In this document: positions 24,530 to 36,866 of the stretch, piece after piece
Numbering within the stretch: position 1 is the first letter of the stretch
Layout of the letters: each line of letters opens with the position of its first letter
Origin: Penicillus capitatus
Taxonomy: Eukaryota > Plantae > Chlorophyta
NCBI GenBank assembly: GCA_965649825.1
Contig: OZ287720.1
Location: 1 to 51,779 of the forward strand
Direction: 5' to 3'
DNA: 51,779 bases
The notes under the pieces: model-generated
Databases searched by the model: none
What the model saw: the letters and a program-made list of their open reading frames with translations, nothing else
Told to the model about the DNA's origin: nothing
Translations under genes and position numbers: made by a program

Positions 24530-27500
24530 CTATAGCGGAGGATCGCTTGCCGTACCGACACGTTTGGCAAAGGACGAAAAGATACTGCTGGAAGCGAGTG
24601 ATGAAGGTTGTAGATAGTCTCCAAACTGACCAATTCTCTGTTGAGCTAGAGCAGACATCTCGGCGGCCTTGTCGGTGAACATCGTTCCCAATGATGTAAA
24701 TGATCCCGTCTCGGCTTTCTAAATGGTCACTCTTTTCGCGATACGTCACATGAGGGCGAAATCTCACTTGGCTGGTGGGGAGTGAGGTGTGGGGAGTCTG
24801 GCCGAGATCGGAGAACGAATAGCTGCTCGATGGATCTTCCTCCAGTTCTGTAAGGTTTAAGATATCGATGCCTGTGTCGGAGTGCAGTCCCTTGCCGGTC
24901 CACATCGTCGGCCGAACCGGCAGGTATTGAAAACGCGACGCGACAGGGGCCGCTTGTAGGCAATTGGTGTCTGAACCCATAGGCAGTTTGACGGGAGTAT
25001 CCGAGTGCAGTGAATGATTGGTCGCGCCGATCATTCCGAAGAGGACCTGGGTTCGTCTGTAGCATCTTCGTTCAGCTACCCACAGATGCGGTTCATACGT
25101 TGCCCAGTCGATGGGGTCCAGCAAACTTGATATTTCGGCCTCGAGTGCCTTCGACTGGTTCTGCGACTCAGCCACTGCGCGTTTCACAGCAGGATCCGTC
25201 TTCTGAGTCATGTCGTGAAGCGATATCGTATCCTCTGGGACAGCAGAGAGCGATCGGGGAACAACGGCAGAGGGTTCCACTTCTGACTTCGGAACGGGAG
25301 CTCCCGCCGAGAAGACGTCGCTCAGAAACCGGAAATCCAAGAGAAGCTGGAGAACGTAGTTATCCGACAGATTCTCCACACCTGCATTCGCAACCAACTC
25401 TCGCAGACATTCTCTGACCTTGTCCTCCATTTTGAACTGCAGAGAATGAATGATCTGTTGCTGCATGGAGTAGAATCCCAGTCGCTGCAGTTCCTGAGAC
25501 GTATCCATCAGTAGCTGCATGGTCTGCTCAGACGGAGCCGAAGGTATGGAGAACTTCATCTGGGAGTCCTCCGCGGACTCCAGGGCCTGATGCGAGACGA
25601 CGATCTCCTGCAGATGTTCCTCGCCAGTCAGATTTCCAAACTTCATCTCGGCGATCCAGGACCCCATCAGTTGCTCCAAAGCCCACTCCATCCAGATATG
25701 GACACCGAGGAAGGCAACATGGCGGAAAGCATTGCTCAGATGGGGCGGCGCTGCTGGATCGGGTCTGACGGAGGATCGCGATCGCGCTGAACGGGGAATG
25801 GCATCTGGACGCCAGTCTTCTGCCGGTCCAGACAACAGACCCATCGATGGACAGTTCTCGGCAAGTCCCATCGCCGTTGTTCCCACCAGCAGTGCCGCTT
25901 CGACGACCTGAAGGTCCACGTCTGCCGGAAGGTCCGCAACTTGCTGTTCCAAATCCTGTGCCAGATGGAAGGCCGCTGTCTCCCACAGCGACTGGATCTG
26001 AGGCTCCAGCTCGACGCTCCGGTGTGTTTTTCGAGGGAGGACGCCGCGATGGTGTGTTCCGGAGAGCAGACTGAACGAACGCACACTGCCTTGTTTCGTG
26101 GAGGCCGTCGGAGAATGCTCGCCTTCATTTCCCGGCGCCTCCTTGACGCCCAGAACTTCGGATACTTCGTCTAGGATCTCGGCCAGACGTCGATCGAAGT
26201 CGGTCACAATGTGCAAGGCTTCGGATCTGAGATGGTTCTCTGGTGCCTTTTGCAGCTTCTGGGCGTGCAGCGTCCAAGAAGATGCCGACACCTGTCCAAG
26301 CGGTTCCAGATCGGCATGGACAAGCTTGGCTTGGAGGGACTGCAGTTTTGTTTTGAGATCTGCCGAAATGCCGTGAAAGGCGTCTCGGACAATAGACAGA
26401 CACTTCTCTTGCACTACCGCCTCAAACACTGTCGTCCACAGATCGATCTCGAGTCCCAGTCGCTCCTGAACTTCCGATTGCCATTCCGGTCTGTTCAGCA
26501 TTCCTTTGACGCTCGTTTCCAGCTGGGAGAGAGACTTCAACTGTGTGCAGTCGTGCAGGAGTCCGGTGCCTGCGTCGTGGACAATCTGTGCCACTTCTTT
26601 GAGCCAGTCTTCCACCAAGGCGTTCACCGTTCCGACCGTCAGCTCTTCCAGACCATGCTGCCGGTCCCGCAGATAGGCATCCCAGTCGTCTTGCTCGGCA
26701 ACATCACTCAGCTTTCCAAACAGAAATCCGCCGTATCCCAATGCATCCGACCCCATGCCTCTGCGAATTGGCATCTGCGATGCGCCTCCTGGCAGAAAGA
26801 GATGCAGAACGTGAACGATCGTTTCTTGCACCAACGTGCCGATTTGGCAGAACGATTCGGCCGGAGTCTTGCCAGCGGCGAAACTGGTCGAGAGATGCAG
26901 CACGCTCAGTTTTCGAAACTGCAGATGGGACTGCAGCAGCGCAGTTGACGTGTCCATTCTCAGGGTCGCCAACGCAACGAGACGCCATTGGACATCGCTC
27001 GCCGACATCTGGATCGTCCCCACGATGGACTGACGCACCTACTTCGTAACACACCACCGTCAAGAGTCACCCGGAGACACGCGAACGCACTCGTTCCAAG
27101 ATCTGAGACTTCAGCTGGGACACATTCGGCCACAGATGCTCCGCGAAGGGAAAACGACGCATCACCAGATTCTGTCCGTGGCGCATCAGCTGTTCATGCA
27201 CCCGTTCTGCCCGGAGCCATCGCCGGGCGGCCTCGACGTAGTCTCCGGCATCCAGTGCACTCCAGATCACTTCCTGCGTGTCCATAACATACTTGACACG
27301 ACTTCCCACGGCATAGAGCTCTCCGTCCACTTCTGCCTCTTCCTCTCTCACCCTTTCGGATGTCTCGAACACCGGCGTCTTCATTGTCTCCCGAATGCGT
27401 CCCAAATCGCCCAGGATGGACGTAGCGTGTTTCGACATCTCCAGAATCGCATCGGCGCTGTGGATGACATCTTTGTACGAGTCGCCCACGAGCTCTCGGA

Positions 27501-27663
27501 GTTTCGTTCTCTTCTCTTCGATTTGCCGCAGTGTGGCCTTCTCGATGGTGCGAATATCGTCGATAGGGCGCTGTTCGAACAGCGCATCTGCTCGTTCAAC
27601 GGCAATGCGTTGCGCACGCGACGTCGCGTTTCCTTTCATCGACTCGACAACGCGTGCCATCAT
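24530..27663 (-). CDS. COG1: Conserved oligomeric Golgi complex subunit 1; multi-exon
   Basis: N-terminus ADALFEQRPIDDIRTIEKATLRQIEEKRTKLRELVGDSYKDVIHSAD; QLLLDFRFL; LLDPIDWATYEPHLW; SRFQYLP. Confidence 0.88.
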
Positions 27664-28060
27664 GCCGCGTTCAATGGCATAAATGGTCCACTGTTAGACT
27701 CAGTCTTGCATTTCCTCTTCGAAGGCATTCTCATCTCTTGCGTTCGCTCGCTTCTTCGCTGCTGCGTGCGACAAGACCCGCACGAATTGTTATGCCGTTC
27801 GTTGTGACGACGTACCAAACACAAGTCCGCCGTCACGCCACGTCGCCGTTCGTTCGTTCGAATGCGTGCGTTTGTGCTTAGGTCCTCGGATTCAGTAAGC
27901 GGCAGATTTCGCAGCTCGACGGTCGTCGTCGTCCCTCTTCATGTTTGAATTGTGTCTCACGTAAAGTGCCAAAGACCACTTCCGACTGCAACTACGTTAA
28001 CGCAAAAGCTCTTCTCTGTTCGACCACGTCGTCTTCATTACTACTCTCTCTACCTCTAAG

Positions 28061-29524
28061 ATGGCGACCATCAACATCGGAGCCGAAAACGCCGCAGACC
28101 CGCACTACCGCTACAAGATGCCAAAACCAATCTCGAAGGTGCCGTCGTTGCCGCCGCCGAGGACGTGAAGCGAGGAACGGCCGTGCAGGTGGAGGGTCGG
28201 GGCAACGGTATCAAGACGAATGTCGTGAACAATGTGGAGATCGCAAAGGCACTGGAACGCCCACCGGAGTACATTCTGAAATTCTTGGGCTGCGAACTCG
28301 GCGCGCAGACAAACTTTGATTCGAAAACGGGGACGTCAATCGTCAACGGCTCCCATGACGCGAATGTTCTGATGACGTTGATCGAAGCTTTCATCAAGAA
28401 ATATGTCCAGTGCTACAGCTGTGGGAATCCTGAGACGGTTGTCTCTATCCGACGCGAGAGAATCTATCTCAAGTGCAAAGCATGTGGACACGTCTCAGAA
28501 GTGGACATGCATCATAAGTTGAACAACTACATCTTGCGAAATCCTCCGAGCTCGGGATTGACCAAAGAAGAGAAGCAACTTAGAAAACAAGAAAAAGAGA
28601 GGTTGAAAACACTCAAGACGGAGAAAGAAGAGAAGAAAAAAGAAAAGAAGAAAGAAAAGGAAGAGGAAAAGTCGCGCAAGAAAAAAGGAAAGAGTGGATC
28701 GGTGGATGTCGATGCGGAAGCAGACGGGAAGACTCCAAAACCAGACGCTTCTGAATCCAACACCGAAGCAACGCCAATCGTCGAAGTACGATCTCGTTTT
28801 GTTCGGAAAGAGATGACAGTGACACGAGTAGGAGCCGGAGAAGGAGAAGGACGAAGAAGTGGTGTGGCATTCGGAGACATCGGCAGAAGCGATCGCTCAG
28901 AGAGCCAAAGAGCAGATTTCATCGAGCGCTGTTGCATCGCTGGTGACGCAAGGGAACATCGAAGCCGAGGCCAGCGAAGCCAAGAAGAAGCTGAGAAAGC
29001 TCATGACCAAATTGGAGTTTGCCGATGAGACGATCGCGGCGGTGAACGAACTCGGAAAGCGATTGTACAAAGATGCCTCAGATTCAGAGGTGGTTGATTT
29101 TTTGACAGAAGCACTGCCAAAAGCGCCAGTTCGAATGCTGGTGCTCTATCTTGTACTGTTCTGGGAAGCTTCCCAGAAGTTGGGATCTATTGTCAAGGAC
29201 AAGTGCGCCTTGTTGAAGAAGTGTGCCGTCACGCCGCCAGATCAATTGGCTCAACTGTTTGGACTGGAATACGTCGTGGCCATGATGATGGTGGATCGAC
29301 TCAAAGAGTATCCCCAAATCTTGAAGGTGCTGTACGATGAAGATGTGATCGATGAGGATATCATTGTGGGATGGTACGAGAATCCATCCTTTTGTCAGAA
29401 GAAGTTAGGCGTGGCGAATGAAAAGCTGGAGGAGGTCCGCAAACAATGCAAGGCATTTATGGAATGGCTTCAAGAAGAATCCGATGACGAAGAGGAGGAC
29501 GAAGAAGACGAAGAGGAGGAATAG
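28061..29524 (+). CDS. EIF5: Eukaryotic translation initiation factor 5; 3 exons
   Basis: DPHYRYKMP|VEGRGNGIKT, ALERPPEY, CELGAQT, KKYVQCYSCGNPET, and a C-terminal W2 domain with acidic tail. Confidence 0.95.
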
Positions 29525-29643
29525 ATGTTGATTGTTGCGGACGATCTGTGCGAATCTGTTTGCTCAAATTCTCGAGCAGTATACAACACAGGGTGTAAGC
29601 GGGTATTGATTTCAAAGAGCACTTGGTGGTGAATGAAGTGAAG

Positions 29644-30892
29644 CTAATTATTCTCCGGCAAACCGGAAGGCCAGGTCGTATTGTGCACAGGCTCTAAAAT
29701 CGCACGCACGTCTTCGAGACAGGCGGCTTCTTCTTCGGACAGAGATGCGAGTTTAGCCGTTTCGACGTTTTCTCGCACGTCTTCGATGTTTTGCATTCCC
29801 ACCAGCGTCGAGCAGATTTCAGGTGATCTGGCAGCAGATGACGCCGACAGTGACAAGAGATCGATGCGTCGGCGATGGACTCACTTAAGTGCCGTGAAGA
29901 GGACGAGCTTGGGCAGCCGGACGCCTCTTGCTTCGCATAGCTCTCTGGCAGCCTGACAGGCGTCCATGACGGACGGAGGTGCCGGATGCCACGATGGCGG
30001 ACCATATGGACTGAGCAGTCCCATCGAAAAAGGAGACGCGTTAATGATGCCCACTCCCTTGCTCTAGACACACACATACACGCACTGCTCATGAGTCCTT
30101 TGCCGACGCTCGACGACAAGGACCTGGAAATAATCGAAGTACTCAGACAGGGTATCATCAAACAGTGTGTGATGACAGTACGACAGAATGGTGTCTACGG
30201 TCCCCGCCGCCACTCTGTCCAGAATGCCAGGGAAGACCTTCATGGGCAATCCAGTGATGCCAATGTGCTTCACCAGACCCGTTTCTTTCGCCTTGAGTAA
30301 AGCTGGAATCGCTTCGTTGATCACCTGCCGAACGATGTCCCCTTAGACATGCCACGACTCAAGATCGGCTCCAGAGTACGGACGCACTTGGTCCAGATGG
30401 ACAAACTCAATATCGTGGCACTGAATGAGATCGATGTAGTCCACCTGCAGTCGCTGGAGCGACTGGTGAATGCTTGCTATGATGGTATCGTATGAAAAAT
30501 CGAATTCTTCTGGTCCATACCTGCCCACTTTCGTGGACAGCACAATCTCCGAACGCGGCAACGTTTTCAACGCTTTGCCGAGAACCTGTTCACAACACGC
30601 GTGCGTTGGCATAACCCCAACTGCCCATCTTCACAAACCTCCTCGGACTTACCCATTCCGTAGAATGGCGAGGTATCGAAGTAATTGATGCCAAGACGAA
30701 ATGCCTCGTGGACAGCCCGTATCCCTTCATCCGGATCAAAATTCTGTCGCCCACGTTACAGATACGCGTCTTAACAGGAACCGAGCGGCTGACGCGTACC
30801 GGATCAAACACGGAGCCGAGTGGCGACGCTCCATAACCAAGGAGGGATACTTCGAGGCCAGTATCACCCAATGGCTTCCGTGGAATCGACAT
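29644..30892 (-). CDS. GalDH: L-galactose dehydrogenase (aldo-keto reductase; ascorbate pathway); multi-exon
   Basis: RKPLGDTGLEVSLLGYGASPLGSVF, STKVGRYG..FDFS, DLIQCHDIEF, HIGITGLP, ending VHNTTWPSGLPENN. Confidence 0.88.
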
Positions 30893-31156
30893 CGCGGCTA
30901 TGCGTCACGGCCGAACGCACTGTTGTGGAAAGATGATCTCCATTACATCGTAATAATTCCAAGACTCACACGGCTTGATGATGATCCGACGTGCCTGCTC
31001 TGAACCTTTCAGAAGCGGACGTCCCGATCGAAAAAACGACAAAGGGCATTCTTCCGCAGTGTCCAGAGGACGAATGGACGGGCGTTATTGATCAGGCGTC
31101 TGAACACTCCATGCTCGATAGCTCTTCCCGTGACGAAGGTCGCCGGTGTTCCAGAC

Positions 31157-31920
31157 TCAGGCAAAGTGCGATGTCGCACTTGCCGTCTGTGTCTGAACGC
31201 GCTGCTGCGCTTTTTGCGATGCCTGGGCGGCAGTCATGAGTGCCACGGCATTGTTGCGCTGCAGTAGTTGGCAATGCGCGTTGACGAGCACCGTAAACTT
31301 CGTCTGCAATTCCCCATACTCCTGCGCCGATACTTTTAGCCGCTGCGTCATCTCCTCGATCTAAATAAAACACAGAAATGCGTTAGACGACGATACGTGA
31401 GGTCGATATTGGTGATGACAGAAACTGCGGCGCCTGGCGGATAGCGTCGGAGAGAGAAGACGGACGGACGGACGATGTGTTCACCAAACACGTACCACTT
31501 GTTTTTGGGCTTGAACCTCAGCCAGTGCCGCGTTCTTCTCCTGACTAACGCGGACGAGCTGGCTGCAGAGCAGAACCTCTCGCTCGAAGTACTTCACCGC
31601 TTTGTGGCGCATGAGTGTTAGCTCGTTTCGCTTATTGCGTCTGTAGCGTTGCTGCGCGAGTCGATTTCTCTCTTTTCGCTCGGCGTGAGATTTCGATTTC
31701 TCGGATCTGAACGCAAACACCGATCGTCATCTCGAAACGGGTCAATGCTGTTGACTTACTCCTCCACCATCTCCTGCTCCTTCACCGACTGGGAGGACAT
31801 CGTTGCTTGAGAAATTGAGCTGGTGCTAGTGCTAGAGCTGTCAAAATCGTCGTTATCCTCAGAAGACGCCTCTTCTGCGCACGTGAGGTCCAGTGATCTC
31901 CAAAGCTGCTCGAGCTCCAT
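31157..31920 (-). CDS. bZIP transcription factor, copy A; 3 exons
   Basis: Exon 1 MELEQLWRSLDLTCAEEASSEDNDDF; basic region RKERNRLAQQRYRRNK fits N-x7-R and is followed by a coiled coil; paralogous to 36787-37468. Confidence 0.75.
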
Positions 31921-32256
31921 GGTGTTCCACTTTATACCCGTGACTCGGTTCCCTCAACGAAGAGTGACTCACGGCGCTCTCCTCGACGACACGAACGAAA
32001 GGTGACGACCATGACGCCGGGCGGATTTGTAGTCATATCTACCGCGCCGTACATTTGGGCGGCCACGTCAATGACGAACGGCATCCCTGATCTGTACGAA
32101 AGCGCGGCCGACTGTTTCCCAGGACGTACAGGGAGAACAGTCATCCGACTGATTGTGTCTCAACTTCACAGTCCTGTGCGCAGTGGTGACTCAGAAGAGG
32201 GAACGGTCGGGGCAATGGTCGGGACGTTGATGTTCGAAGTACTGGCGTAAGTGGAT
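31841..32256. repeat. Left arm of a ~415-bp inverted repeat (promoter + start of bZIP copy A)
   Basis: Its reverse complement matches 36449-36866 closely (roughly 90% by eye). ORF-track peptides 31932-32144(-) and 36563-36775(+) differ at only a few residues. Confidence 0.92.
31931..31936 (-). promoter_or_regulatory. Putative TATA box of bZIP copy A
   Basis: TATAAA on the minus strand 10 nt upstream of ATG 31920, conserved in both arms. It is unusually close to the ATG, so its function is uncertain. Confidence 0.4.
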
Positions 32257-32734
32257 TCAGCCGTCGTCTCTGCCAACGATGGTGTCATCGTTCAAAAAGG
32301 CGGCCGTTCTTTTGAGTGCCGTGTGCGAAGGGAAACTCCGTCGCCGGGGAGCGAAGAAATTGATGCGCCCTCGACTTCTGGATAGTATCCGGCAGCACAT
32401 CACCGAACACAGTCAACGACGGCGCTTGGACGGAGTCAACGTGGGCGACACACGGCACAGAATGCGAAGTGCGTCGAGCTGCAAGTGCACTCGGCCGGGC
32501 GAACTGGTTGCGGCTCCAGGGTGTCTGTCATGCGTCGATTTTAAGAAGGCGCGCGATTTTTCACTTCATGCTGGCAGATCTTCATCCGACGATTCGACAC
32601 TGCAAACCGTGACTCTTATTAAGAACGCCGCCGCAAGCTATTCACTTAGATATGACGGCGAAGCATGATGTCTGTGCTTAAAAGAGCGCGTTCATAAACA
32701 AGGAATCCTTGTATGGCGGCGGCAGATGTGTTGT

Positions 32735-34533
32735 TTATTTCACATCGACGATCTTGACAACAGACGCATGTCCGATTCGATGCAAAGCAACAATAGCATC
32801 TCCTGCTGCGCAGTATCCTGCCTCCTTCGAATGCGTGATCGCAGAAGACAGAATCTCATCGATCGTATCTGTATCCGTCGCACGTGAGCTGCCTTCGGAG
32901 AGCATCGGAATCAAACTCCTAAATCCACATCCAATAACGACATCAGCAGAAGCACATCCAGGCAGCACAGACCTCGTGACGAGACATTGCCTGGCTGGAT
33001 ATTCGCTGCTGCATGCCCAGGAGAGACTATCTGTTGTCAGGATCGGCACGGCCACCGTCAGTACTGGCATAGACGGTCTACAAGACACAGCATCGCATAT
33101 CAGTGCCACTCCTCCTTTGGCCGCCGACATCACACCTGTACTTTGCCACAAGACGTGCCGTGGAACCTCCTCGCGTCACACAGATAATCAATGTCGCCCG
33201 CACTTTGTGCGCCGTCCGCACAGCTGAAGAGGCCAGAGACTCTAGTGGCGACATTGGCAATGGAACCTGGCGAATGATCGTCTTGAAGAGGGCGTTGTAA
33301 TCCAGAGATGCCTCAGCTTCGCGGCAGATCTTGCCCATCACCAATACCGCTTCGACAGGGAACGAACCGGCGGCCGTTTCGCCGGAAAGCATCACACAAT
33401 CTGTCCCATCGAGCACAGCATTGGCCACATCTGTTGCTTCGGCTCTTGTGGGTTTTGGATTCTTGACCATCGACTCCAGCATCTGCGTGGCTGTGATGAC
33501 AGGCTTTCCCATGAAGTTACATTTCTGGATCATCATTTTCTGCGCCATGAAGATCTTCTCCGTCGGAATCTCCATTCCCATATCTCCCCTTGCCACCATA
33601 ATCGCATCCGCTTTCTCCACGATCTCATCGAAATTCTGAATCCCCTCTTGATTCTCCACCTTTGCAATGATTTTAATATTCTTTCCTTGATCGCCGAGGA
33701 CTCCTCGTATTTCATCGACATTATCACCCTTTCGCACGAAGGATGCTGCAATGAAGTCGATGTCATTGGGGATGCCCCAGTTGCGAATATCGTCAATGTC
33801 TTTTTCGATCAATGTTGGCAGATCGACCACCACACCTGGAAGATTCACATTCTTCCGTTCGCCAATCGTCACCGTATTCTTGCACAGTGCCTGAACAGTC
33901 CCCTCACGAACATTACAGGACAGCACTTCCTGAAATCACACCCATCGCTCATGCTATCGGCAGCAAATCTCCTACCAGTACAGCAGAACCATCTGCGCAA
34001 AGAATCTGCGATCCTGGCTTCACATCCCGTGGCAGATGCTTGTAACTGTCACGTACATAACAGCGATGTCCACATCACTTGCATGATCCAGTGATGCCCG
34101 ACCTCATTGCGACGAGTGAGGGGTTGCCTTTTTGGTTGTAGTCGGTGGTGATGGTGATCTCTTTGCCTTCGACGAGCTGAATCGGCAAGCCGTCTTCCAG
34201 GAACCCCGTTCGGATTTCCGGTCCCTTGGTGTCGAGCATTACGGCACACATAATGGCGGTGTTATCCATGGCTGTCCTCAAATTGTCGAGCGTCTCTTGG
34301 TGGTAGTCATGCGATCCGTGGGAGAAATTGAAACGGGCCACACTCATCCCTGCACGCAGGAGGGTCTCGCATTGTTCCACGGTTCGAGATGCCGGTCCCA
34401 ACGTACAAACGATCTGCCGGAGCGAGCGCACAACATGTCAGCGACGGACCGAGTGGAGAAAGAGGGTTGCTTTGGTTTTGGCTTTCCCGGTGGGAGACCC
34501 GAAGAGAATGGCGTCGAGTCCAACGTGCACCAT
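32735..34533 (-). CDS. PYK: Pyruvate kinase, plant cytosolic type; multi-exon
   Basis: KTK|IVCTLGPASR, ARFNFSHG, LDTKGPEIRTG, KVENQEG, IMVARGDMG, TQMLESM, ending ALHRIGHASVVKIVDVK. Confidence 0.96.
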
Positions 34534-34582
34534 CGATCGATGTTAGCAATTGCGTCCCCTCGATGGGCGATATTTCCATCCA

Positions 34583-36209
34583 ATGATGGGACGTCTCTCG
34601 ATGCTCTTTTGCGCTGCGTTGGCGATCGCGGTGGCAGTGGGACGCGCTCTCGTGAGTGTCGACTGGAAGACGGCGAAGGCGCTGTGCCTCGATGTCTGGC
34701 TTATCTTCGCTCCGGGAGGCAAACTGCATCCCGCTGCGTTTCTGGAGCACAAGGGGCATCTCGTTGTCGAGAGTCTGCTCTTAGTTGCCATCCTCTATCT
34801 GCTTTTCCTGCCACGAAAGAAACCAAAACAGAAAGAGACGCTCACAGAGAAAGTGTGATGTCACACAATCTATCGCAAAGGTCACATCCCTGCTGCAGGA
34901 AATCGAAGAGTTATGTCAGGAATGGCAACCAGAGCCATTGGTTCCCGAAGACTCCGAACCAGACAGAGATCCAGAGTCCATCATCGAAAGGTCTCTCCAC
35001 AGCATCATGCATCCGTGATGTGACATGTGAAAGGCCAGTCGCGTGGATCGTCATGTTATGATGGATGGCAAGAAACGCCTCAATCTCGACGGCACCGATT
35101 TTCTCGGACTCCTCTGCAGACGTGAGATTTCAGAAGCCTGTCGACAGTGCATCGAGAAATACGGAGTCGGGTCATGCGGTCCTCGTGCGTTCTATGGCAC
35201 TACGGATGTCCATTTGCATCTGGAGGAGCACATTGCACGATTCTTGGGTGTCGAGGAAAGCATCGTCTACTCTTCCGATATCGCCACCCCTCAGAGTGTG
35301 CTCCCTGCCTTTGCCAATCGAAAAGACATCTTGGTTGTCGACGCTGCTGTCTACTATCCCATCCAGAACGGATGTCATCTGTCGCGTGCACAGATTCGTA
35401 CCTTCAAGCACAATGATGTGACAGATCTGGAACGCGTGTTGCTCGATGTGGATGCCGCACACAGAAAAGCGAAGAAGCCGCTCAATCGGCGCTTTATTGT
35501 GGTGGAAGGGATCTATCACAATTGCGGCGACGTGGCGCCACTGGACAAGATTTATGAGCTGAAATTAAAATATCGCTATCGTCTGATCGTGGACGAGAGT
35601 TTGGCATTTGGTGTTTTGGGTAAGACCGGCCGGGGCGCCTGTGAAGAATTCGGATTGGCTCCGGATCAAGTCGATCTGATCACGGCATCTCTGAGCAATG
35701 CCATGGCCTCGACGGGTGGATTCTGTGCTGGAAATCATGACGTGATAGGACATCAACGTCTCAACGGCTATGGATATATCTTTTCGGCATCGTTGCCGCC
35801 ATTTCTAGCAGTGGCGGCGGATCGAGCGTTGACGTGTTTGGAAGAGCACCCGGATGGTGTGAAGCGCCTCAAGGAGAATGCCGTTTTCGTAAGATCTGCC
35901 ATGAGTGCAATTCCTGGACTGAAACTCCTGGGCGGTATATCAGCAAAAGGTGACACTGCTGTCTCTCCGGTGCTGCATCTAGAGCTGGCAAATGAGATGG
36001 AAAGCAAAGCCGCACGGGAGAAGCTCAGTGCCATTGTGGATGCGGTTTGCCAAGAATCAAACATTCTGCTGTCCGTTCCAGAGTTCTCAGGGCTGGAATG
36101 GAACACTCCATCACCAACACTGCGCCTTTCTGTGAGCATGCAACACACAAGAGATGAGCTTATGTTTGCTGTCAATGCCATTCGCGAGGCAGCAGAGAAA
36201 CAACTATGA
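34583..36209 (+). CDS. LCB1: Serine palmitoyltransferase subunit LCB1/SPT1; 3 exons
   Basis: HLVVESLLL..TEK|EIEELCQEWQPEPL, KYGVGSCGPRAFYGTTDVH, FKHND, RRFIVVEG, LIVDES. It lacks the PLP-binding Lys motif of LCB2, as expected for LCB1. Confidence 0.92.
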
Positions 36210-36448
36210 TGTGACTGTCGCTATCCTTCGCTGAACACTCCGCCTTCGTCAAACATACGCGCACTCCATTTCTGTCGACAACGCCAAGCGACGCCTCTTA
36301 AGATTTGCCGACATGGAGCGATATCGTTCGGAGAGGTTACGAGAGGTCAAGCGTCAAGGAGGGTCAGAACACGTGGTTCATCGTCGGTGGAGATATCGCG
36401 ACATCCGATGTTGTTCTGGACAGCGACGACGTCATCGCCATCCGTCTC

Positions 36449-36866
36449 ATCCACCCACGCCAGTACTTCGAACATCAACGTCCCGGCCGTTGCCCTGTCC
36501 GTTCCCTCTTCTGAGTCACCACTGCGCACAGGACTGCGAATTGACGGTACAGATTTGGTCGGATGACTGATCTCCCTGTACGTCCTGGGAAACAATCGGC
36601 TGCGTTTTCGTACAGATCAGGGATGCCGTTTGTCATTGACGTGGCCGCCCAAATGTACGGCGCGGTAGATATGACTACAAATCCGCCCGGCGTCACGGTC
36701 GTCACCTTTCGTTCGTGTCGTCGAGGAGAGCGCCGTGAGTCACTCTTCGTTGAGGGAACCGAGTCACGGGTATAAAGTGGAACACCATGGAGCTCGAGCA
36801 GCTTTGGATATCACTGGACCTCACGTGCGCAGAAGAGGCGTCTTCTGAGGATAACGACGATTTTGA
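36449..36866. repeat. Right arm of the ~415-bp inverted repeat (promoter + start of bZIP copy B)
   Basis: Mirror of 31841-32256; the ATG and outer-edge positions sum to the same value (31920+36787 = 31841+36866). Confidence 0.92.
36771..36776 (+). promoter_or_regulatory. Putative TATA box of bZIP copy B
   Basis: TATAAA 10 nt upstream of ATG 36787, conserved in both arms. Confidence 0.4.

Noticed and set aside
24340-24617. Apparent coding overlap of NOP53 and COG1 in the ORF track
   Set aside because: Short introns (24340-24393 in NOP53 and one near the COG1 3' end) give non-overlapping stops at 24480 and 24530.
29644-36209. Possible metabolic gene cluster (GalDH, PK, LCB1, plus FatA further upstream)
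   Set aside because: The enzymes belong to unrelated primary pathways; adjacency is expected in a compact genome.
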